Shown piece by piece: positions 38,839 to 50,397 of a stretch of 64,000 nucleotides of DNA. Source of the DNA: Octopus vulgaris (Eukaryota); contig OX597817.1 in the NCBI GenBank assembly GCA_951406725.2, forward strand, positions 59,582,001-59,646,000, written 5' to 3'. A program made the position numbers and the translations under genes. The first letter of the stretch is position 1. Each line of letters opens with the position of its first letter. The notes under the pieces are model-generated. The model was not told the origin of the DNA. It ran no database searches and saw nothing but the letters and a program-made list of their open reading frames with translations.

Positions 38839-39732
38839 GTAAGTCCTGTGGTTCTTTGTTAGTTTGTTTTACACTTTTCTCTTAATTTAGTTTTTAATGA
38901 GTTCTGCTCTCAATTTTGCATCATTCACTTAAGAGCAATGTTGTCAGAAAGAAAAAGGGAATCATTCATTTTCTTTGTTTGGGATTTTTCTTTTGCTGGG
39001 TATACATACCTTGGAGTCAAATACTCGAGTCAATTTAATCAAATGCATTTGCTCAAATGCTGTTATTTTGTGCAAAATAGAAATTACTGCATCCGACAAA
39101 ATATCCAGCAGCAGTTTTTCCAGCTCTTTTATGTTCTGAGTTCAAATCTTGCTGAAGTCAACTTTGCCTTCCATCCTTTCAGGGTCAATAAAATAAATAC
39201 CTGTCACGTTCTGGGGTTGATGTCATCAACTTGCCCATCCTCCTAAAATTGCTGGTTTTGTGTCAGAAAGTATTATTATTATTATTATTATTAAAGCAGC
39301 GAATGGGCAAAATCGTTAGTGTGCTAGACAAAATGCTTAGCACTATTTCACCCGTTGCTACGTTCTGAGTTCAAATTCTGCCGAGGTTGACTCTGCCTTT
39401 CATCCTTTTGGGGTCAATAAATAAGGACCTGTTGAACACTGGGGTTGATGTAAACTCATCCCCTCCCCCAAAACTGCTGCCCTTCTGGCAAAATTTGAAA
39501 TCATTATTATTATCATTATTAAGATGGTAAGCTGGCAGAATCGTTAGCATGCTGGGTGAAATGCTTAATGGCATTTTGTCTGCCTTGACGGTCTGAGTTC
39601 AAATTCCACCAAGGTCAAGTTTGCCGCTCGTCATTTCAGGGTCAATAAATTAAGTACCAGTTACACACCGAGGCCTATATAATCAGCTATCCCCTCCCCG
39701 AAATTTCTGGCCTTGTGCTTATAGTAGAAAGG

Positions 39733-39776
<44 letters not shown>

Positions 39777-39939
39777 CTTTTAATAAAGCATATCCACAAC
39801 CTTCTTCCAATTTCCACTCAATCCATTTCATTGCCTTTATGTCTTTTATTGAGTAAGATATAGACTTCACAAAAACTCTGTTTCCTTAGAAAATTACTAT
39901 TTATAAATCCCACAATGAGAGATATTCAGCAACAGTACT

Positions 39940-40229
39940 TTGGAGTAAAGATTGTTTGCCAACATTACATGCCAGTCCTGGTTTAGGACGAATGTTGCTG
40001 TAATTTAGCCTCAGCAGACATCGTCTCCAGCTGCCTATACGACATGATCTGTGTCTTTATATTTTGTTTTGAGCTGAGTGGGGGTGCTACGTTCCCTTGT
40101 TCGAAAATATAAGGTCACAGATCGTGTCTTATTGCCAGATGGAGACGATGTCTGCTGGGGCTAAATTACAGCAACATTCGTCCTAAACCAGGACTACCAT
40201 GTTATGTTGGCAAACAATCTTTACTCCAA
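39940..40229. mobile_element. Fold-back MITE-like element with ~125-bp inverted arms
   Basis: ttggagtaaagattgtttgccaacat... pairs with ...atgttggcaaacaatctttactccaa across a ~35-nt spacer. Confidence 0.88.
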
Positions 40230-40349
40230 CCCTGTTTCCCTCTGTTTTAATGATCTGAAGCCTACAGAAGAAACCCTGCTGTTGTTGCTGCTACGACATG
40301 AACAGTTCCGTTGTCTGTGTTAAATTCTATTCCCTGTCTTTTGTTGCAG

Positions 40350-40430
40350 GTGGCAGAGATTGAAATCTGCCCTGACTGCTATGCTCGATCCTGTGAACAA
40401 TCAAATGATGAATGGTTTTGTGAACCCTGT
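40350..40430 (+). CDS. ZMYND8: ZMYND8 exon, zinc-binding bromo-PWWP linker
   Basis: VAEIEICPDCYARSCEQSNDEWFCEPC. ttgttgcag / TGT|GTAAGT. Confidence 0.96.
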
Positions 40431-41386
40431 GTAAGTAATTCATTTCTTCTGAGTGAGAGTCTTTTGTGTAGCTTTGTAGGAACCAAATCTTCTTCACACC
40501 ACACCCTACAACCTTGATGAACGAAGGGCACATCAGGTCATGCAGTTCTGGATCCAGTAAGCAGTATTAGAGTGGAGTGGAGGGGTGTAAATTTGGTGTT
40601 AGGAGTCCACTTTACCTGTAGATGATGCTTGGATGCACAGCAGAGCAAATGGAATGCGAGTCATAGAGACCCCTCTCACTACATGTTGCAGTTATGTGAT
40701 CCTACATGGACTCAGTGATTCAAGAGTCGAGACACGAATGGAGCTCATAGAGGAAAAGATATTTAATTGAGATTTTCATGTCAGACACAGTGAAAAGCTT
40801 TGTTGATTTCTGAGAAATCTCTGAGATGATCTCCCTCATGTGGGTGGGTAGTGAGTTGTAAAGTAGGTCTCCAGAAGATAACATCATTATCACCACCATC
40901 ACCATTTGACATCTGTTTTCCATGGTTACATGGGTTGGATGGTTTTTGACATGATCCAGTGAGTCATAAGGCTGCATTGAGCTCCAATGTAAGCTTTGGC
41001 ACACTTTCTACAGTTTAGTGCCTTTCCTAATGCCAACCATTTTACAGAATGTACCCTAAGTGCTGGTTTTTGCATGCTACCAATGCTGTTGAAGTTACCA
41101 TGCAGCTCACAAGACTACAAACGCCCAGCTGGGTGTGTGTGTGGGTGGGGTCGTGCTTTATGCTAGGAGATGAGGGATTAAGGTATGGGAGAAGAGGGAA
41201 GACCAAACAAGTTCAGTTGGAGCTGCAAAGAGATAGTGGTAACAAGGCGCCCAGGTGTTCCCTCAAGTGTGAGATGAGTAGAAGTGAAAGGGGGCGAGAA
41301 ATAGGAATGTGGAGTGGGGTAGGGGGCAAATTCTATACAATTTTCCATTCTAATTGTATCTGTTTTTTGTTTCCTCTTTTAATTAG

Positions 41387-41446
41387 AGCCATCCACACCA
41401 GATTGTTTGGGCAAAGTTAAAAGGGTATCCATTTTGGCCTGCAAAG
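41387..41446 (+). CDS. ZMYND8: ZMYND8 PWWP exon 1
   Basis: SHPHQIVWAKLKGYPFWPAK. ttaattag / AAG|GTGAGT. Confidence 0.96.
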
Positions 41447-41616
41447 GTGAGTATTTTAAACCTCATTTCTTCTTGTTTCTGTTTACAAACCTTTATGGGA
41501 ATATGGTATGATAGCATTGACACACTTAACAATAAGCTCCCTCTCATATATATATGTGTTTGTGTGTACTTGTGTATGTATGTGTCCCCACAGATAGATT
41601 GTATCCATAACACTTT

Positions 41617-42800
41617 ATCATCATCATCATCGTTTAACGTCTGTTTTCCATGCTAGCATGGGTTGGACGGTTCGACCAGGGTCTGGGAAGCCAGGGGCTG
41701 CACCAGGCTCCAGTCTGATCTGGCAGTGTTTCTACAGCTGGATGCCCTTCCTAATGCCAACCACTCCGCGAGTGTAGTGGGTGCTTTTTACGTGCCACCG
41801 GCACAGGTGCCAGGGGAGTCTGGCATTGGCCACGATCGGTTGGTGCTTTTAACGTGCCACCAGTACGGAAGTCAGCCAGCGGCGCTAGCATCGGCCACAT
41901 TCGGATGATGCTTATGCCACCGGCACAGAAGCCAGTCGAAGCGGCGCTGGCAACGGCCACGTTCGGACGGTGCTTTTTATGTGCCATCGGCACAGAAGCC
42001 AGTCGAGGCGGCGCTGGCAACGGCCACGTTCGGATGGTGCTTTTTATGTGTCACCAGCACAGGTATCACAACTACTATTTCCATTGATATTTGTTTTGAT
42101 GTTCATGTACATGCACATGCACTTGACTCAACAGGTCTCCTCAAGCACAGCGAGATGTTCTGGGATCCAAGGTACTTTGAATGGGCAGGAGCTATGCAGA
42201 ACTGGTGCCGGAAGCAGCCCAGGTCTTTGCAGTCACAGCACATCTCCAGAGATCTCGGTCCTTCGCCATTGCCTCAGTGAGGCCCAACGCTCTGAGGTCA
42301 TGCTTGACTACCTCATCCCATGTCTTCCTGGGTCTACCTCTCCCCCTGATTCCTTCAACTGTTTGGGAGCGGCACTTCTTCACACATCTCTCCTCATCCA
42401 TCCGCAGTACATGACCATACCATCGCAAGCGTCGCTCTTGCACACCACATCTGATGCTTCTTATGTCCAGCATTTCTCTCAGGGTGCTTACACTCTGTCG
42501 TGCATGCACACTGACATTATACATCCAGCGGATCATGCTAGCTTCATTTCTTTCAAGTCTACGCATGTCCTCTGCAGTCACGGCCCATGTTTCACTACCG
42601 TGAAGCATGGCAGTTCGCACACATGCATCATACAATCTACCTTTCACTCTGAGTGAGAGACCCTTTGTCGCCAGTAGGGGTAGGAGCTTTCTAAACTTTG
42701 CCCAGGCTATTCGTATTCTAGTGGTGACACTCTCTGAGCATCCACCTCCACTACTAACTTGGTCACCCAGGTAGCGGAAACTATCAACTACTTCTAGTTT
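41617..42800 (-). mobile_element. Young 5'-truncated RTE-clade LINE
   Basis: Uninterrupted ~200-codon C-terminal ORF (FRYLGD, MLHGSETW, RLRWYGHVLRM, GRGRPRKTW) stopping at 42192, then a 3' UTR with tandem repeats and a (GAT)n tail. Confidence 0.95.
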
Positions 42801-42870
42801 CTGATCATTTCTATCAATCAAACATCTCAGACTATATATTCAGTTCTTTTTGAAACTTTCCTATCTTGAT

Positions 42871-42901
<31 letters not shown>

Positions 42902-42917
42902 CAGAATTATCATAGTG

Positions 42918-42964
<47 letters not shown>

Positions 42965-43048
42965 TTATATATATATAATCTATGATCATGCTTGTCACAA
43001 TGTACATATATTCTACAGTATTTGATCCCCTTTTTTTTTCCCAAACAG

Positions 43049-43104
43049 GCATTGCGGGAAAAAAATGGCATGGTGGATGTACGGTTTTTTGGTGCCCATG
43101 ATCG
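43049..43104 (+). CDS. ZMYND8: ZMYND8 PWWP exon 2
   Basis: ALREKNGMVDVRFFGAHD(R). aaacag / TCG|GTAAGG. Confidence 0.96.
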
Positions 43105-43989
43105 GTAAGGCTATATTTCATTTCACTTAATTTTAATAAGATTTCGTTTGTTTCGCAGTGTTTTTTGTTCCCTCTGAGGGCAAATTTGTTATTACTATGT
43201 CAGAAAATATTATATACAAATTATGTAAATAGGGTTTGTCCACTTTACTCTGTAAAGAGCATAGGGTGATTTCTCAGTTTTTCTGGTGTTTATGTTCCTC
43301 CCTTGATGGGATGCTGGTCTCTTGCAGGATGACTCATTTTGACTGAGTAGAATGGAGCAACATTAAATGAAGTGTTTTGCTCAAAAAAAAAAAATACATC
43401 GCCTGGTTCAGGAATTGAAACCACAATCTTTCAATCACAAGTCCAACCCCCTAAATACTCGGTCATGCACCTCTGTTATGTAAATATGTCTCCTCCTCCT
43501 CATTATTATTTTACATCTACTTTCCAAGCTGATATGAGTTGGACAAGTCATCACAATCCAAGTCATTTAACATTGTTAATTACTGCCTTCCTGGATGGGT
43601 TAGAGGGCCGTCTCTTAGTTCCTATGTTTCATAGAAGACATAACTATATTTCAAGAGAACCAATAAACAATTCTTGCTTTCAGGGTCATTTTAAAGTCCT
43701 TCAAACTCTTCTTGGGACTCATAGACTTAAAAATTTGACATCAATAAGTCAGCACCAACTCAGCAATGCCAAGTAAATGGTCCCAAAACATCTGTTACCC
43801 TTCTACACATACCCTGAAGGTCTTTGACATACCTGATTGCCAGATGTTGTGAAGCTTGTTACAAGCATTCCATTTAACGAACTCAATCATTTGAGGTCAT
43901 GAAGTCTCAGATAATCTTTAGCATATCTTGCCCTTGTCTATGGAACTGGGTCCCTCTTTAGAAGCAGCTGATGTACTTAACAATATTGC

Positions 43990-44222
43990 TTAACCCATTA
44001 AGTCCCACTGTCCTATAAATAGGACCCTAAATGAGAACATTAAATAAGCTATAATCACATTGTCTCAGTGTCCTATTTATAGGACACCGAGTATTTCCAT
44101 TTCTACTTGAAGTAAAGGAGTTTTAATAGTTATTTTTTTTCATTTTAACCTATTCTCAATCATCTGTACAAATTTAAAAGTAATATTCAGAAATTTGAGA
44201 ACTCTGGGACTTAATGGGTTTT
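43990..44222. mobile_element. piggyBac-like MITE
   Basis: TTAA-CCCATTAAGTCCCA ... TGGGACTTAATGGG-TT (14-bp TIR) and two internal gtcctat-w-ataggac palindromes. Confidence 0.8.
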
Positions 44223-44305
44223 AAGCTACAGTTTCACCTTATTGGTCCTTCAGTCTTTAGTTTCTGCCATTCTTTATAAATTCTCTTGTTCTCTTGTTCT
44301 TTTAG

Positions 44306-44428
44306 ATCTTGGGTTCCTGTCTCTCAAGTGTATTTGTATTCCAAAGAGTGCCCAACAGTGATGAAGTCCAAAAGAAGTGGTTTTGACCATTCTATGACTG
44401 AACTGAAGACATACATTGAAAAATACAG
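44306..44428 (+). CDS. ZMYND8: ZMYND8 PWWP exon 3
   Basis: SWVPVSQVYLYSKECPTVMKSKRSGFDHSMTELKTYIEKY. cttttag / CAG|GTATGG. Confidence 0.95.
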
Positions 44429-44446
44429 GTATGGGTTTATTCTTTT

Positions 44447-44750
44447 GTTCTTTTACTTGTTTCAGTCATTTGACTGCGGCCATGCTGGAGCACCGCCTTT
44501 AAGTCAAACAAATCGACCCCAGGACTTATTCTTTGTCAGCCTAGTACTTATTCTATCGGTCACTTTTGCTGAAGCACTAAGTTACGGGGACATAACCACA
44601 CCAACATCAGTCGTCAAGCGATGATGGGGTAACAAACGCAGACACACAAAAACATACACACATTTATATGACAAACTTCTTTCGGTTTCTGTCTATCAAA
44701 TCCTCTCACGAGGCTTAGATCGGCCCAGGGCTATAGTAGAAGACACTTGC
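44447..44750 (-). mobile_element. Family B SINE (antisense)
   Basis: Reverse complement of the family B tail and body. Confidence 0.85.
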
Positions 44751-44930
44751 CACTCTTGTGATTGTTTTTGCTTTTTTTTTTGTTTATTCTTGTTTTTGTT
44801 TTGATAATTTTACTTTTAAAGCCTTTTGCTATTTTGTTTTTTGTTGGAGTCAAGCATTGAAAATATAAAGCTTGTGAAACTTAAGCATTTAGATAAACAT
44901 GTGCTTAATTGTATGGAATATATACATATA

Positions 44931-45315
44931 CGTGCAGGTGTGGCTGTGTGGTAAGAAGCTTGCTTTCCAACCACATGGTTCCAGGTTCAGTCCCACTGCG
45001 TGGCACCAAGGGCAAGTGTCTTTTACTATAGCCTCAGGCCGACCAAGGCCTTGTGAGAGGATTTGGTAAATGGAAACTGAAAGAAGCCCATCTTATACAT
45101 ACACACACACACACACGTGTGTGTAAGTATTTATGTTTTTTTGTCCCTGCCACCATCACTTGACAACTGATGTTGGTGTGTTTATGTTCTTGTAACTTAG
45201 CAGTTTGGCAAAAGAGACCAATAGAATAAGTTCAGGAGTCGATTTCTTCAACTAAAAGGCAGTGCTCCAGCATGGCCGCAGTCAAAATGACCGAAACAAG
45301 TAAAAGAAGAAAAGA
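44931..45315 (+). mobile_element. Family B SINE (sense)
   Basis: Full head, core and tail. Confidence 0.87.
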
Positions 45316-45702
45316 ATGTGTGTGTGTGTGTGTGTAGTGTGTGAGATCTGATAAGGAAATTAACGAAATAATTCTGTGTTTGATACTGTTGAAGTAATTA
45401 TGTGAATATTGGAGTGATTATTGGAATAATTATCAGAATAATAATTAGTGGAGAAAGATAACAGGAATATATGTTGGCCGAGAATATGAAGAGATTTCCT
45501 CCAATTTCATGCCGTATTGTGGGTGTGTTAAAGCTGTCAGAGTCTGGTGGGTCTTTGAGAATTAGCCTTTTCAAAAGGATTAAGTATTGATAGATTTATG
45601 CAAAGAAAATTGAATGAAAATTAAATTATAAAACGAAAAACTGTCCACATTTGACAAAAATTTCATTATTTTACTTAATTATATTCTTTTTGTTTATTTT
45701 AG

Positions 45703-46844
45703 GCAAAAGTTTGGAACTTTTGAGTTTTATCCATTCCGTTCACTCTACGACAGCAACAGTCCATATATCAAAAATGGGAAATCTTCAAAACTTAAATCTT
45801 TAAAGCTGCATCCTTCTCCAAAAAGAACTAAAAGTCCGGAAAGTTCCGAAGCAAATTCTAAAAAGAACAACAGTTCACTAAGTTCAAGTAAATCTTCAAG
45901 TAGTAGTAGTAGTAGTAAAAGCACATCTTCAGATAGCAAGATGTCTGAAAAGGTATCTGTGATTACAAAGACTGCTTCTGCTGTGAAAAACAAATACAGC
46001 AGCATCATCACAACACGTCGTGGTGCAATGATGAAAATGTTACAGCTGACCTCCACCGCAGCTTCCACCCAACCCACTCAAACTTTGCAGTCTACGACAG
46101 TCAGTAGTTCATTGTCATCTTCCATGCCTTCTTCTTCTTCTTCTTCATCATCATCATCAGCATTTTCCACCTCCCAATCATTTACATCAATCTCGTCTCA
46201 CCCATCATCCACGACGGCAGCAATCTCTGCTGCTGTTGGAACCACCACCACAATCACAACATCATGTCCATTTAATGCCACACCAACTGCCAGCATCACA
46301 ACAACAAAAACAACCACAGCACTCACAACAAAACCGATCCCTAATAAAGCCCCAACAAAACCATTTAAAAGATCTTACAGTTCATCAATATTACCTAAAA
46401 AGCGGGCGTGTCCAGGTGTTTTCTTTCCCAGCAGCGATTCTGACTTGTCTTCTGACAAGAGTCCTGTGAAAGTGTGTATGGAAAGCGTTGGAGAAATTGA
46501 GGACAAAGTGTTTGCAAATGGAATCGATAACCGGTTAAAGAATATCAAAACGGAACCTGGTCTTGAATTAGAAAGTTCTGAATCTCGTGCACCTTCTCAT
46601 ATGCCTTTAATGCCAAAAAGAAAAATGGTTCAACTACACCAAATAAAACAAGAAGTAGAATCACCAATTGATAAGAATTTGATATCACACATGAAATCTT
46701 ATGTGAATTTGGCACCAAAACCTATCCAAGACACCACAAATGTCAATCACGGTTACCTAAAAGCTGGAAGAATTTTGAAACCCAATGCTGGGTTTGACAG
46801 TATCTTGATGAAAAACAATGAAAATTCAAGCAACCAAAGGAAAG
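45703..46844 (+). CDS. ZMYND8: ZMYND8 large exon: end of PWWP module and S/T/K-rich disordered region
   Basis: Starts QKFGTFEFYPFRSLY (compare human RKFGVFNYSPFRTPY). 1142 nt open and contains ORF-track entry 45941-46888. Donor AAG|GTAGGT, phase 1. Confidence 0.92.
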
Positions 46845-47439
46845 GTAGGTCAAATTTTAAGTCTGTAAACATTAACGCCATAAACTGAAGATAATGGTGT
46901 GTGAAACTGCTAATTTGAGTCTGCTGTATAAGCCTGTACAGGCTTTGGGACCCAAAGTTGGGAGAGCTCTAGGGCTACCCCAGACAGCACACACACTGTC
47001 TCTCTCGTTCTCTCTCGCTATGTCACTGTCTAACCTACGAAATGTCCATAGCCACATCACATTTCCCATTTCTCTTGTTCTTAAGATGACAGTCTCATAA
47101 GTACTAGTAATAAACTGTTACAAATTTTGATTGGTGACTTGGCAGTATTGATCAGTTTTATAGTGTTGTTATTGATTATGTTGATGTATTGCTCTGGCAT
47201 GCTGTACTCCCCCCGTGAGCTAAGTGGACTGGACTGTTTGAGTGTTAAGTCTCTTGGTCATATACATAAAACAATAGAGAGGTTGGACAGGATATGAACA
47301 GTTAAACATTCAATTATCTGTTGCCCCTAATTAATCAGCTATTATGTCATTATGCAAAAGCTTTCATAAATTGTGTAACCTGATCATGTTATATAAATTC
47401 GTTAAATCTATTTCTATATAAACCCTAACTCTGTTTCAG

Positions 47440-47782
47440 ATAAGCCAGGCTCCACACCTAACAACACCTTATCGGTGACAGGAAACAATCAATTATCGTT
47501 AATATTGTCTTCACCACCAAAGAAAAATACCAGCCTCCGAAACCTTAGTGATTCTCAGATGTCGGCATTCCGACCCCTTGCCAAAATGCAGAAACAGGTT
47601 TCTGTACCAACGATGAATCAACAGACAACAGATAAGGGTTCTGTTGACCTACAGGTCTCCGATCCTGGATTGAATTCTAACGCAGGCAGCAGTGTACGCA
47701 ACACTGGCAGGAAAACCGCTGCCAAGACAAATACATCGACTTCTGCAGGAAATAAGAACGGTGACAGCAAATCTACCACAGA
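47440..47782 (+). CDS. ZMYND8: ZMYND8 exon, disordered region
   Basis: (D)KPGSTPNNTLSVTG...DSKSTT. gtttcag / AGA|GTATGT, phase 1 to 2. Confidence 0.88.
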
Positions 47783-48779
47783 GTATGTTGTTTTGTGTTC
47801 CCTTAACCCTGTTGTGCTCTTTCACTTTATTATATGATTGGTGCATTGTACTGTATGCTTGTTACTGCCCCCATATTCAACCATCCGCTTGTCCTAATTG
47901 ATGCACTGTCCTGTATACTTGTTATGGTCAGTGTATTGAAATGAAGTCTTGTTGTAACCAGTGAACTTTACTCTCCAATTGTTATGACCTGTGTATTGAA
48001 CTGTCTGGGACTCATTATTATACTGTACTGTGAGGCAGCATTGTTAGTATGTCAGACAGAATGCTAAGTGACATTTCATCCAACACTTTACATTCTGAGT
48101 TCAAACTCAACTGAGGTTGACATTGCTTTTTATGCTTTCAGGGGTCGATAAAATAAGGGCCTGTTGAGCACTGGGGTTGATGTAATTGACTTACCCAACT
48201 CCCCCGAAATTGCAAGCCTTGTGCCAAAATTTGAAATCACTGGTATTTGTTATGGTTGATAAGCTGTATTATACACCTGTAAAGGCTTGTGTACCTGTAT
48301 TACACAACTGACATACCCGTACTGGGAGATGCTAGTCTACTATTATTGATACCTGAGTAATTTATAAAATACCAGTGGTATGACGGTCTTTTTATTTCCT
48401 CACTACAAATTCATGGCTTCTTTACTCTTGAGAACCAGTGTTGGTCTATTTATATCCCTGTAATTTAGTGTTCAATTGGACAAGACACTGATTGCATAAG
48501 TGGCAATCTTAAGAAATAAGTTCTGGAGCTGATTTCTTTGCCAAAACTCTTCAAGCTGGTCCCCCATCATGAGCAGGGTCCAATAACTGGAACAACAGAC
48601 ACCCCACAGTAAAGGGTAGAATGGTTTTACGTTGCCTTTTGGAAGCTTTGGACTTCATGAAAGGATTGAGTTTCTCTTGAAGCCAAATCAGTACCAACCA
48701 TTTTATTTTGCAATTTCTGCATTTAAATATTTAAATCTGTTATTTTATTCCTTTTGTTGTTGTTTTTTCTTTTTTCTAG

Positions 48780-48936
48780 TGAAAGTTCGAATCTGGCTCT
48801 TCCTTCCATTGTGACGGATGCAACTCTTCTTCTTGGACTCTTAAAGAATAAACCTGGAGAAAACTCAGCTGCCATGAGGAGTGATGCTAGCCGACCAATC
48901 GAAATCAACCAAATGGTTGAGAAATACACAAAACAG
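48780..48936 (+). CDS. ZMYND8: ZMYND8 exon leading into the coiled coil
   Basis: (D)ESSNLALPSIVTDATLLLGLLKNKPG...NQMVEKYTKQ. Long pyrimidine tract with tag / CAG|GTGAGG. Confidence 0.88.
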
Positions 48937-49284
48937 GTGAGGTTTTTTGAGAGAATTTATTTTTTCTTGTATGTATTTAATTCATTTCTGGTGAACTACA
49001 CCCCCTTGGAAAATAAGAAGTTTCATACCACAGACCCTGGGGGGATCACAAGTGATTTCGTGTTAAAAGGGTTAAGCTTTTTCAGTTGACTGTTAAAACA
49101 TGAATTTCTTGATTTGCAACAAACCCCAGACGTACTGATTGCTCAACTAAATAAATTGGGGCCATTGCACTCAAGAGAATTGCAGAAGGTTGCCCTACCT
49201 TTTTGGTTTATGAAATGTATTTCACGTGTTGTTTGGGGAAGGATTCTGTAGAGTAGCAAGACCAAAGTATTATGCACAATAATT

Positions 49285-49476
49285 CTTTTCTACTCTAGGC
49301 ACAAGAGGGAGGGGGCCAGTCGATTAGATCAACCCCAGTGCGTAACTGGTACTTAATTTATCGACCCTGAAAGGATGAAAGGCAAAGTCAACCTTGGCGG
49401 AATTTGAACTCAGAACGTAAAGACAGACGAAATACGGCTAAGCATTTCGCCCGGCGTGCTAACGTTTGTGCCAGCT
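49285..49476 (-). mobile_element. Family A SINE with 12-bp TSD
   Basis: TGCACAATAATT at 49273-49284 and 49477-49488. Confidence 0.88.
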
Positions 49477-49914
49477 TGCACAATAATTGAAAACAAACAG
49501 AATGATCAGAGATGTTTGAGGTTATTCTGTTGAAAAAATAACTTATCAAATGTATCAGTCTGTATATGAGACAGTTTCACAAGTTTTACTCAATATATAT
49601 GTCATGTATAGTATTAAATGTTATAACTTTGGGAATTTTGGAATAAGAAACCTTCTTAGTATGGAGGTTTCATCAATATTCAACATAAGCGACTAATGTT
49701 GTATATAGTTTGTATTTTGTCCTCACAATCTTGAGCGAAAATATAAACAGGGACGAATCTAATTTTCAGCATCTTTTTTCCAGAAGGTTTTAAGGTTGGG
49801 AATTTCATTTATCAACAAATGGGTTACAAAAATTCTCTCTCCCTCTCTCTCTGTATGTATATATATATATATATAAAACTTACTTGGAAGAGGTTGCATG
49901 GTGTTCAGTCATAT

Positions 49915-49949
<35 letters not shown>

Positions 49950-49955
<6 letters not shown>

Positions 49956-50195
49956 TATTTGGGCACAGGACGTCATGAAACATGTACAATAAAAAATATG
50001 AATGTTGTTAAATGCTCGAAATACAAGAGTAGAAAAACAGCCAACAACTGATAACGGTCGTTCTTTATGTTGTTTGTCTTGTTTTCCATTTGTGTCTTTC
50101 ATTGTTCGAAAAAATAGTTCATATTCTGTGCACTCGTACTTTGTATTTTTTTTGTTGCACCTGTTTCATGACATCCTGTGCCCACATATGCACAT
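49950..50195. mobile_element. TIR element within (TA)n
   Basis: tgcatatttgggcacaggacgtcatgaaaca pairs with tgtttcatgacatcctgtgcccacatatgca. Confidence 0.78.
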
Positions 50196-50328
50196 ATATA
50201 TATATATATATATAAATAATGTTTAAAAAATTATTCTTGTATAAAATTAATGTTTGTAAAGTTCTTTAAAACTTATTCATTTTTTTCTCTGAAATTTTCA
50301 ATATTTTGTTTCTCTCTAATTCCTTTAG

Positions 50329-50397
50329 CTATCAAAGAGCATTCGAGAATCATTTGAAGAAATGTATGCTGACATGTTGACTAAACATAGTCATCAG
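50329..50397 (+). CDS. ZMYND8: ZMYND8 exon, helical segment
   Basis: LSKSIRESFEEMYADMLTKHSHQ. cctttag / CAG|GTAAGA, phase 0 to 0. Confidence 0.88.

Noticed and set aside
41842-42040. HDV-like ribozyme in the RTE UTR repeat
   Set aside because: Only a superficial resemblance. I could not build P1 and P2 helices with the nested double-pseudoknot topology.
41775-42065. CRISPR-like repeat-spacer pattern
   Set aside because: The units are degenerate, the spacers are related to each other, the context is a eukaryotic LINE UTR, and there are no cas genes.
41970-42656. 228-aa + strand ORF
   Set aside because: It is the antisense shadow of the RTE ORF and UTR.
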